From IMG/VR virus record IMGVR_UViG_3300044701_000569, positions 1 to 64,000 of that record: a stretch of DNA of 64,000 nt. The stretch is one strand, 5' to 3'. A program made the translations under genes and the position numbers. Positions 18,739 through 25,857 of this stretch are shown here, one piece after another. The stretch's first letter is position 1, and the number at the start of each line of letters is the position of its first letter. The notes beneath the pieces were generated by a model. It searched no databases, was not told where the DNA came from, and saw only the letters and a list, made by a program, of their open reading frames with translations.

Positions 18739-19761
18739 ATGAGTAAGACAATCCGTTTTATCGAAGGTACGTATAAGATTCGCGGCAACGACACTTCAGT
18801 TGCTGGATTGGTATTTCCTCTAGTAGAGGAATTCAAGGTAGGTACGGGCGGTGGCTACGTCACAGTGGATGGTAGTTCTGTGGCAGGCTTCCCGGATCGC
18901 AACATTAAGATCCGTTGCGAAGGTGCCGAGTCATACGAAACAGTGGACTCGAAGGTAGCCACCGCCCAGGCCAAGAGCCGTGTTGAGACTGATGAGCAGA
19001 TCATTGAACGACTGCGCGATCGTTTCAGCATGCTGGAGGAGATGACCAAAGCCTGTAAGAAGGGCGATGTGCGAGCTATGATCGTATCAGGTCCTCCGGG
19101 CGTTGGTAAGAGTCACGGTGTTGAGAAGGTGTTGGGCAAGCACGACCTGCTCGCTGACATCGCTAACGACTCAAAGTTCAAGAAGTACGAAGTGGTCAAG
19201 GGTGCTATGAGCGCCATTGGACTCTACTGCAAGCTGTTTCAGTATGCGGACAAGGATAACGTTATCGTGTTCGATGACTGCGATAGTGTGCTGTTGGACG
19301 ACCTCAGCTTGAACATTCTCAAGGCTGCTCTAGACTCTAAGAAGTCGCGTCGCATTCACTGGAACACCGACAGCTATAAACTGCGCAACGAAGGTGTGCC
19401 GGACAGCTTCGAGTTCAAGGGCTCAGCTATCTTTATCACCAACATCAAGTTCGATAACGTTAAGAGCAAGAAGCTCCGTGATCACCTTGAAGCTCTTGAG
19501 AGCCGTTGCCACTACATTGACCTGACCATTGATACAGAGCGTGAGAAGATGCTCCGCATCAAGCAGATCACTAAAGACGGCATGCTCTCTGAGTACGGCC
19601 TTAGTGAGGAAGTCCAAGACGAAATTGTGGACTTCATCGATCTTAACAAGAAGCGACTACGGGAACTGTCATTGCGTACAGTACTAAAGGTTGCCGATCT
19701 AGCCAAAGCATTCCCCTCTAAGTGGGAAGCTATGGCGGAGAATACTGTGATGAAGCGGTAA
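18739..19761 (+). CDS. AAA+ family ATPase
   Basis: Walker A GPPGVGKS, Walker B VIVFDDCD, sensor IFITN, ALESR arginine finger; leader AAAGGGCAAAGGGCATG. Confidence 0.85.
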   Translation: MSKTIRFIEGTYKIRGNDTSVAGLVFPLVEEFKVGTGGGYVTVDGSSVAGFPDRNIKIRCEGAESYETVDSKVATAQAKSRVETDEQIIERLRDRFSMLEEMTKACKKGDVRAMIVSGPPGVGKSHGVEKVLGKHDLLADIANDSKFKKYEVVKGAMSAIGLYCKLFQYADKDNVIVFDDCDSVLLDDLSLNILKAALDSKKSRRIHWNTDSYKLRNEGVPDSFEFKGSAIFITNIKFDNVKSKKLRDHLEALESRCHYIDLTIDTEREKMLRIKQITKDGMLSEYGLSEEVQDEIVDFIDLNKKRLRELSLRTVLKVADLAKAFPSKWEAMAENTVMKR

Positions 19762-19906
19762 GCCCTCCCGCTCACAGTACGGGCTCAGCAAGCCCTAGGA
19801 CATGCCCTCGTCCACCCGCTGAGCCCTAAAGAGCAGACAATCGTGTGCCCTCACGCTCTGCTCTTTGCGCCCGGACAGTGTGCCCTCGCTGTCCGGGTAT
19901 TTTTTT
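19743..19906 (+). ncRNA. Candidate four-hairpin structured RNA with GCCCU(C) loops, ending in an intrinsic terminator
   Basis: Stems 19743-19779, 19781-19826, 19828-19866, 19869-19898, each with a GCCCU-containing loop; T-run at 19900-19906. Confidence 0.7.
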
Positions 19907-19914
19907 CTCTGCAA

Positions 19915-19950
19915 AATCAATGACTTACAGCATAGGCTAAGTCATTGAAA
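19915..19950. promoter_or_regulatory. Inverted pair of IHF-like sites
   Basis: AATCAATGACTTA 19915-19927 and TAAGTCATTGAAA 19938-19950. Confidence 0.6.
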
Positions 19951-20040
19951 TCATTGAGGATTTTTTCTAAAAAAAGTGGTTGACATTTGGGCGCACCCGT
20001 GTATAATAAGAACATAGGGCAAACAAGAGGAGCAGCGTAC

Positions 20041-20232
20041 ATGGGCTACAGGATCATCAACGTTACACCAGAGTTCCGCGCACAATGGGAACCCAGAGTA
20101 GGTTTGGAAGGTCCGTTCTTCTACGAAGGCAACCGTGTGCTCTACTATGATGCCCGCGAAGGCAAGTACCTTAATCCCCAGACAGATATGTACCTCACCT
20201 ACGAAGAGTATGATGAGATCGCAAAGCAATAA
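20041..20232 (+). CDS. Early hypothetical protein
   Basis: GLEGPF...VLYYD.REGKY motif; own promoter. Confidence 0.75.
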   Translation: MGYRIINVTPEFRAQWEPRVGLEGPFFYEGNRVLYYDAREGKYLNPQTDMYLTYEEYDEIAKQ

Positions 20233-20301
20233 AAGTGGTTGACACGGATCCAAAACCGTGTATAATAAGAACATAGGGCAAACAAACAAGAGGGCAAACA
20301 A

Positions 20302-20637
20302 ATGGCAATGATCGTAATCCGCACCCAGTACATGGAAAACTATGGCGCCCACGATTGGGACGGCACTGGTGAGTGCCCGCAGTACTGGAAGTTCAAGGGC
20401 GGCTCGGAGTACAAGATCACCAACATCGACATCAACGGTGATCTGCAGGCTGCGGTGCGAGCTGCGGCTGTGGAACGCGACAACGACTACTGCCGCGAAT
20501 ACATCCTGGATTGGAGTGTGGAGGGGGACGACTACCTCAGCCAGTTCGAGCGTCAACAGCTGGAGTACGAGGGCAAGATTGACTGCCTTGAGCCCACTAT
20601 GGGCTATCGTGAGCTGCTGGAGACTCAGCCCGCATAA
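20302..20637 (+). CDS. Early hypothetical protein
   Basis: TQYMENYGAHDWDG.GECPQYWKFKGG; own promoter. Confidence 0.8.
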   Translation: MAMIVIRTQYMENYGAHDWDGTGECPQYWKFKGGSEYKITNIDINGDLQAAVRAAAVERDNDYCREYILDWSVEGDDYLSQFERQQLEYEGKIDCLEPTMGYRELLETQPA

Positions 20638-20709
20638 AAAGAATTGGTTGACAGGAACCCAAAATCCTGTATAATAAGAACATAGGGCAACAGAACAGAG
20701 GAGCACAGT

Positions 20710-21105
20710 ATGGATTGGGACAACATGATCAACACGCAAGAGGGATTGGCTCGCATGGTGGGCAAGACCTTTGTGAGCGTGAGCGGTGGCCGAGGCGACG
20801 GCGAGATGGAGTTCCGTACTGCTGACGGTGAGATCTTCCTGTTCAGCCACTACCAGGACTGCTGCGAATCCGTTAGTATCGAGGACGTCTGCGGTGACAT
20901 CCGGGACTTGGTGGGCGAGCCCATCCTCCTAGCTGAAGAAGTGTCGGGAGAAGCTCCTGCATCCGATGAGGATCACTGGGGCTCACAGACCTGGACCTTC
21001 TACAAGTTCGCTACCCGCAAGGGCTATGTGGACGTTCGCTGGCTGGGTGAATCCAACGGATATTACTCAGAGTCAGTGGATATGTACTATCAGGGTGTGG
21101 CATAA
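20710..21105 (+). CDS. Early hypothetical protein
   Basis: HYQDCCESV, WTFYKFATRKGYV.VRW.G.SNGYYSE. Confidence 0.8.
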   Translation: MDWDNMINTQEGLARMVGKTFVSVSGGRGDGEMEFRTADGEIFLFSHYQDCCESVSIEDVCGDIRDLVGEPILLAEEVSGEAPASDEDHWGSQTWTFYKFATRKGYVDVRWLGESNGYYSESVDMYYQGVA

Positions 21106-21183
21106 AAGCCACACCAAAAGTGGTTGACAGATTGGCACTAGGTGCTATACTAAGAACATAGGGCAAACAGAAAGGGCAATTAA

Positions 21184-21435
21184 ATGGACAAAGAACAGTT
21201 TGAACGTGATCCCCGGGACTATGCGCTGGACATGGTCAATGAGGGAATGGTCGATCCTATGCTGCTGCTCCAAGCAGCTCTGAATTGGATGAGCCACGAT
21301 GAGGTCCGCGAGATGTTGGACGCTAACGAACTCAGCCCGCGCTTCTCAGAGGATGAAGACGATGAGGATGAGGACGAAGAGTGGACTCCGGACAATGCAG
21401 ACTTCAACGATCCCGGCTCACGCCACCACTACTAA
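21184..21435 (+). CDS. Highly acidic early protein
   Basis: Own promoter; D/E tract. Confidence 0.75.
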   Translation: MDKEQFERDPRDYALDMVNEGMVDPMLLLQAALNWMSHDEVREMLDANELSPRFSEDEDDEDEDEEWTPDNADFNDPGSRHHY

Positions 21436-21441
21436 GGAGCG

Positions 21442-21669
21442 ATGATGATTAGAGAGCATATTCAAATGGAAACACGCCACGGCAGTCCTTATGATCGTGG
21501 TTCAGCAGACTCATACTACCGCAGGAAGCGCAGTCCTCACTACTATGTGGGCGACACTGGTACTTCAGAGCGTGTCACCCTCAAGGACATGACACCCGAT
21601 GAGGTCGAAGCCTATCACGCAGGCTACGATGACAACGAAGAAGCTGACAACCACAAGGAGTGGTTGTGA
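21442..21669 (+). CDS. Early hypothetical protein
   Basis: AAGGAG SD; RHGSPYDRGSADSYY motif. Confidence 0.75.
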   Translation: MMIREHIQMETRHGSPYDRGSADSYYRRKRSPHYYVGDTGTSERVTLKDMTPDEVEAYHAGYDDNEEADNHKEWL

Positions 21670-21773
21670 TGACTAGATTCGCAGAGTTCATCCTAGCTAC
21701 CTTTGCGGGTAGGATCGTACTGTTTGGAATGATTGTGGCCAGTCTTTGGACCTATCGTCTAATTTCTGGTTGA
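21669..21773 (+). CDS. Single-TM micro-protein (34 aa, not in ORF track)
   Basis: MTRFAEFILATFAGRIVLFGMIVASLWTYRLISG; stop inside the next TTGACA. Confidence 0.5.
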   Translation: MTRFAEFILATFAGRIVLFGMIVASLWTYRLISG

Positions 21774-21830
21774 CAAGAGTTCAAAAGGTGCTATACTAAG
21801 AACATAGGGCAAACACAAAGGGCAAACACC

Positions 21831-22157
21831 ATGCAAGACATTTTCAGCTTCATCGAAGACACCAATGACCAACTGCGCCGCTTGGTGCATGAAATGGAAT
21901 ACGTCCCTGCGGACAGCCTGGGCTTGGATCGTCGTGCCGCTTACCGCCTGTGGGTCAACGACGACTGCATCATCGTTGACAAGGGCAACGACCGCACCCT
22001 GCAGTACTACGGTGGGTTCGAGTATGTGGACAAGGAGTACCGCATTGAGATGGGTGACTATGTGATCTACCTCTCAGATGACGATCGTGTACAGGGACAC
22101 ATTGACACCCACTATCAGCGCGATGAAGAGGGTGTTTACACGGACGAAGACGCTTAA
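21831..22157 (+). CDS. Early acidic hypothetical protein
   Basis: Own promoter plus leader. Confidence 0.75.
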   Translation: MQDIFSFIEDTNDQLRRLVHEMEYVPADSLGLDRRAAYRLWVNDDCIIVDKGNDRTLQYYGGFEYVDKEYRIEMGDYVIYLSDDDRVQGHIDTHYQRDEEGVYTDEDA

Positions 22158-22169
22158 CCAAGGAACGAT

Positions 22170-22433
22170 ATGAATACAGTGATGATGACAATGGTGCGCC
22201 CCACGGTGCTGTTTGATGTGCTGAATCCACAGCACCGTGAGTGGGCCTATCAGTTCTTAGAACAGAAGAGCTGGCGTGACTGCCCAGTGATGTTCGCTCT
22301 CCCCCAAAGCGAGCCCTCGGTGTACACCATGATCACACGTGAGCTGAGCCACTATTACCTAAAGCAGGAGTTCCAACAGAAGCCCTGCCCTGTTGTAAAA
22401 ATACAACAGAAGTTTAAGGTAAAAAATGGTTGA
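22170..22433 (+). CDS. Hypothetical protein
   Basis: AAGGA SD; stop inside the next TTGACA. Confidence 0.65.
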   Translation: MNTVMMTMVRPTVLFDVLNPQHREWAYQFLEQKSWRDCPVMFALPQSEPSVYTMITRELSHYYLKQEFQQKPCPVVKIQQKFKVKNG

Positions 22434-22504
22434 CAGGGTTCCAAAATCCTGTATAATTAAGATGTAGGGCAAAAAAACTGTAACACGTAACACTAGGGGG
22501 CTAT

Positions 22505-22888
22505 ATGACAAAAGTAAATTATGACCGTTTCGCCAGCTTCGATCTCAACGAGTGCTGTGACTACTTTGACTCAGAGAAGCAGAGCAACTGGAAGAAGATC
22601 GGCAAGTTCATCGTAGCCGATGGACAGGAGTACGTAGAGGTCATGGAGCAAGAGTTTGACTTTGAGGACACTACAGACTCAGAGTACTCAGCATTTGAAG
22701 CGGGCGTCAAGTATGCGCTCACCAAGATGAACATTGCCCTGGAGGCCGCGGGCATAGACGTACAGGTCTGCGAAGTGGACCTCGTAGAGAGCATGGGCTT
22801 TATGATGGTGCGTTGCGATGACGAGCCCGAGGACTTTGTAAAGCGAGCTCTCAAGAAGCCCGTGCCCCAGGTAGAGAGCTGGGTCTAA
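22505..22888 (+). CDS. Early acidic hypothetical protein
   Basis: Own promoter. Confidence 0.75.
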   Translation: MTKVNYDRFASFDLNECCDYFDSEKQSNWKKIGKFIVADGQEYVEVMEQEFDFEDTTDSEYSAFEAGVKYALTKMNIALEAAGIDVQVCEVDLVESMGFMMVRCDDEPEDFVKRALKKPVPQVESWV

Positions 22889-22988
22889 GAGCCCGGGGTG
22901 TGGCATAAAAGCCACACCAAAAGTGGTTGACAGGAACCCAAAATCCTGTATAATAAGATACATAGGGCAAACACAAAGGGCAAAGCAA

Positions 22989-23261
22989 ATGAACATTTCC
23001 ACTCTTGAGCAGTACGTAGATCAGAAGAACCGCTGGGGCGCAATCTTTGGCTCCAAACCGTTGAGTCTGCTGAACAGCCAGGACCGCCAGGCTATCGCAG
23101 ACTCACTGGACTCAGACCTAAGCCCAGAGAATGTGAGCTGTGACGGAGAGATCCAAGGACGAGCTCTGATCCAGAAGCGCAACTATCTGATCCGTGCCGC
23201 ACGTGAACTCCACAGCATTGACCCTTCAGTTCGTATGTACGAAGCTGAGGGTTGGTTCTAA
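22989..23261 (+). CDS. Early hypothetical protein
   Basis: LSPENVSCDGE motif; own promoter. Confidence 0.75.
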   Translation: MNISTLEQYVDQKNRWGAIFGSKPLSLLNSQDRQAIADSLDSDLSPENVSCDGEIQGRALIQKRNYLIRAARELHSIDPSVRMYEAEGWF

Positions 23262-23339
23262 CTAGGGGTTGACACGAGTCCAAACTCGTGTATAATTAGA
23301 ACTGTAGGGCAAACAAACACACACGAAAGGGCAAACACT

Positions 23340-23669
23340 ATGATTACAGCACAGCAGATTGAGCAGGGCATCACGCTCGCACAGCAGGCTTCACAGCAGT
23401 TCTTCCAGCAGAAGCTGGGTGGACAGGACCAGTACGCCTGTGGCTTTGCTTGGGTAGATGTGTACGTGGATCGCACTAACTCTAAGCAGGCCAAGGAACT
23501 CTTAGCCGCAGGCTTCCGCAAGGACTACAAGCCCAAGTGCCTCTCAATGTGGAACCCAGGTGGCTTGGGTGTGCAGAACGTGGACACCAAAGAAGCGGGT
23601 GCGGACGCTATGGCACAGTACCTCAGAGCACTGGGCTTGAATGCCTACGCAGGCTCACGCTTAGATTAA
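23340..23669 (+). CDS. Early hypothetical protein
   Basis: ACGFAWV...Q....KEAGA.A.A..L...G..AY..SRLD. Confidence 0.8.
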   Translation: MITAQQIEQGITLAQQASQQFFQQKLGGQDQYACGFAWVDVYVDRTNSKQAKELLAAGFRKDYKPKCLSMWNPGGLGVQNVDTKEAGADAMAQYLRALGLNAYAGSRLD

Positions 23670-23710
23670 AAAAAGACGCACTCTCTGCAACACGCCTGAG
23701 AGTCCCTCTT

Positions 23711-23741
23711 CCCCGATCGGCAACGGTCGGGGTTTCTTTTT
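23711..23741 (+). terminator. Intrinsic terminator closing the early island
   Basis: CCCCGATCG-GCAA-CGGTCGGGG followed by TTTCTTTTT. Confidence 0.85.
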
Positions 23742-23997
23742 GAAAAAATTTTTGAGACGAGGGGTGAGGGGTATACAAATTTATTTGTTGCGCAAAAGCC
23801 ACAATGCTTAATGACCTCTTTCTCTCTACAATTCTCTACAATTCTCTCCGTTTTCTAACCACGCTTTTAAAAATTGGGTGATGCAGAATCACCACCTCAC
23901 TTCTATAAGTACTTCCCTATAAAAAAATGCGCGGCAATTTTTTTTGGGCTAGTACCCCATTTCGGGTAACTATATATAATAACAACTGCTCTACACT

Positions 23998-24210
23998 ATG
24001 ATTCGACACTACTGCGTATACACACAGGATCCACTGTTTCACACAGTGCTGAAGTTTCTATGCTTGCACGATCTCACTCGCACAGTGCATCTTAATCGCA
24101 CACGCTTTTGGATTGATGATGAGTTACCTCTACACTCAGAACTAGTACTGCGTTTTTGCTCCAGCATAGTGTGCATAGACTGTGAACAGGATCACGCACT
24201 GGGCGTTTAG
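23998..24210 (+). CDS. Small hypothetical protein
   Basis: ORF track. Confidence 0.55.
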   Translation: MIRHYCVYTQDPLFHTVLKFLCLHDLTRTVHLNRTRFWIDDELPLHSELVLRFCSSIVCIDCEQDHALGV

Positions 24211-24273
24211 CCCAGTGCAGGTTCTACTCTAGAACCTCTTAACTGTTGCAACCAAAGTCTAGTAAATACACTC

Positions 24274-24459
24274 ATGCCCACTACACTATGGTTAGATCTC
24301 AACGAGTCAGCACTGGACACAGTAAGTGAATATGTCTACACTCGTGGTCTGCACATCAACATAGTCATAGAACAGCTATTTCCTAGGGTCAATCGCTATC
24401 TAGTCTGCGTTACCTGTTCAGAGCGAGATCGTACCATACTAGCACTTATGCAACAATAA
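24274..24459 (+). CDS. Small hypothetical protein
   Basis: TAAATA just upstream. Confidence 0.55.
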   Translation: MPTTLWLDLNESALDTVSEYVYTRGLHINIVIEQLFPRVNRYLVCVTCSERDRTILALMQQ

Positions 24460-24460
24460 T

Positions 24461-24727
24461 ATGTTTAATTCAACACACGTATTGGACAGTGTATATGCAC
24501 TCAAACTGGTGTACTCTCCAGAACCACGCACACAAACACTCAAAGAGTCAATCACATTCCTAGCAGCTGAAAGTTTGACTGAGTTGGGCATCTACTGCTC
24601 GCAGACTTCTGCCAGTGTGCTGATGTTTGAGTCAGACAGGGATAGGTTCCTAGCAGCACTGGCACTGTCAGGATCTAGTTCTTACACTGTGGTTTGGACT
24701 GATGATCCATGGTGCGAAATAAAATAA
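24461..24727 (+). CDS. Hypothetical protein
   Basis: ORF track; abuts the previous gene. Confidence 0.55.
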   Translation: MFNSTHVLDSVYALKLVYSPEPRTQTLKESITFLAAESLTELGIYCSQTSASVLMFESDRDRFLAALALSGSSSYTVVWTDDPWCEIK

Positions 24728-25033
24728 ACGAGGCCTAAAAAGTCTAATCGCCATTTGCGGCTGGTTCTAGGGCTATGCACGGTGTCTACAGTGGCGGTTG
24801 TGACAAAACAAGATTTATACTGTGAGAGTGTACTGTGACTGCTGTTTTGCAGGTAAACGCTTCTTGATTCTGCGAAAATCGCGTTTACCGCTTCGCGGCT
24901 CTGGGCTTACCGCTGGCGCTTCGCGCTTGGAGGACGGGCCGTGTCTCGTCTAGGACCAACCGTTGTAAACTGCGTGTTTAAGTCGGGTTCAGCACTCGTT
25001 AAATAAATTACCTTAAACAAAAAGGAACAAGCT

Positions 25034-25603
25034 ATGAACCAACTAAAAAGGGTTGCTGTGCTGTTGGCCTTTGTGCTTGCAGGGATCAGTACAAGTGCTG
25101 GTGCTGCGGAGTTTCGCAATCCAATTACACTAGCGCAAGAATACCTCGGACTGCATCAAGAACATGATCGCAGTAAACTAAAGGATCTACTAGACCTAGA
25201 TCCACGACGCATACCATGGTGTGCAGCATTTGTTAATAAAATACTGGAGCTTTCTGGTTACACAGGCACAGACAGCCTTATGGCTCGTTCGTTTCTGTCA
25301 GTGGGCGATCGTGTGCGCAATCCTCGTCGAGGAGACATAGTGGTGCTTACACGAGGCTCTAACCCTGCATCTGGACACGTGGGATTCTATGTGGGCGAAG
25401 AAGAGGGCTATGTGTTGGTGCTGGGTGGCAATCAACAAAAGGGCGTAAGAATTTCTCAATACCATAAATCCAGAGTTCTAGGCTATCGCAGGCTGAACAC
25501 TGTGAGTGTGAATCTAAATTCACGACGTGCTGCGGAAGTAGAAAACTGCTCTGCTCAGCCTGGCACGCCCGGATTCAGTTGGACACGTCAGTGCCCTGGT
25601 TAA
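25034..25603 (+). CDS. Secreted NlpC/P60-CHAP-like peptidoglycan hydrolase (TIGR02594-like)
   Basis: Signal peptide; PWCAAFVN, ARSFL, GDIVV, GHVGFY, VLGGNQ. Confidence 0.85.
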   Translation: MNQLKRVAVLLAFVLAGISTSAGAAEFRNPITLAQEYLGLHQEHDRSKLKDLLDLDPRRIPWCAAFVNKILELSGYTGTDSLMARSFLSVGDRVRNPRRGDIVVLTRGSNPASGHVGFYVGEEEGYVLVLGGNQQKGVRISQYHKSRVLGYRRLNTVSVNLNSRRAAEVENCSAQPGTPGFSWTRQCPG

Positions 25604-25611
25604 ATATTTGA

Positions 25612-25857
25612 ATGGAAACAACAGAATACTCAGTAACACTTACAGAACAGGCCAATCCTGCTTTTATTCGAGCCAATCGAGATCTTATCATACGCTACAG
25701 AGATCAACTGGCTCAGTGCAGCAGTGCTCATGCTCGTACCGAGCTGCTCAAACAGCTATGGCACACAGAGTATGGTTGTAGGGTGGTAGGATCGTTTGAA
25801 CGGTTAGAGTTTGACAGCAACAAGCGACTCAGCTTCTATCTGCTCAAATGGCAATAA
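25612..25857 (+). CDS. Hypothetical protein
   Basis: TAAATA upstream; ends FYLLKWQ. Confidence 0.6.
   Translation: METTEYSVTLTEQANPAFIRANRDLIIRYRDQLAQCSSAHARTELLKQLWHTEYGCRVVGSFERLEFDSNKRLSFYLLKWQ

Larger units (their letters stand above)
11663..23296 (+). promoter_or_regulatory. Array of 22 sigma70-type early promoters GGTTGACA-N16-TA(T)(A/T)A(C/A)T
   Basis: TTGACA starts at 11663, 11886, 12230, 12554, 13386, 13820, 14393, 14909, 15337, 16260, 17101, 17697, 17978, 18680, 19980, 20239, 20648, 21124, 21770, 22430, 22927, 23269; -10 is TATAAT, TATACT or TATTAT; spacer 16 bp in all but 14909 (17 bp). Confidence 0.92.

Noticed and set aside
11893-22989. Longer ORF-track starts for early genes (11893, 12249, 13772, 14909, 15371, 17114, 18655, 19987, 22923)
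   Set aside because: These starts fall inside or upstream of the promoter or at the very start of the leader; downstream ATGs with SD-positioned motifs were used instead.
11663-23340. Repeated intergenic units as a CRISPR array or integron attC cassettes
   Set aside because: The repeats are promoter/leader sequences separated by whole genes of variable length; no constant repeat-spacer period, no cas or integrase gene and no attC R-box structure seen.
12183-23521. Many minus-strand ORFs in the early island (e.g. 19951-20850, 12632-13093, 13103-13588) sharing PYVLIIH/PMFLLY peptides
   Set aside because: They are antisense shadows of GC-rich plus-strand genes; the shared peptides are just the translated reverse complement of the repeated promoter.
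11494-23803. The 18-bp palindrome as a PpsR/CrtJ site (TGT-N12-ACA), tempting given hemA
   Set aside because: It fits only the minimal pattern. The conserved inner GC..GC is not part of the PpsR consensus and no copy was seen at hemA, so the regulator is left unassigned.
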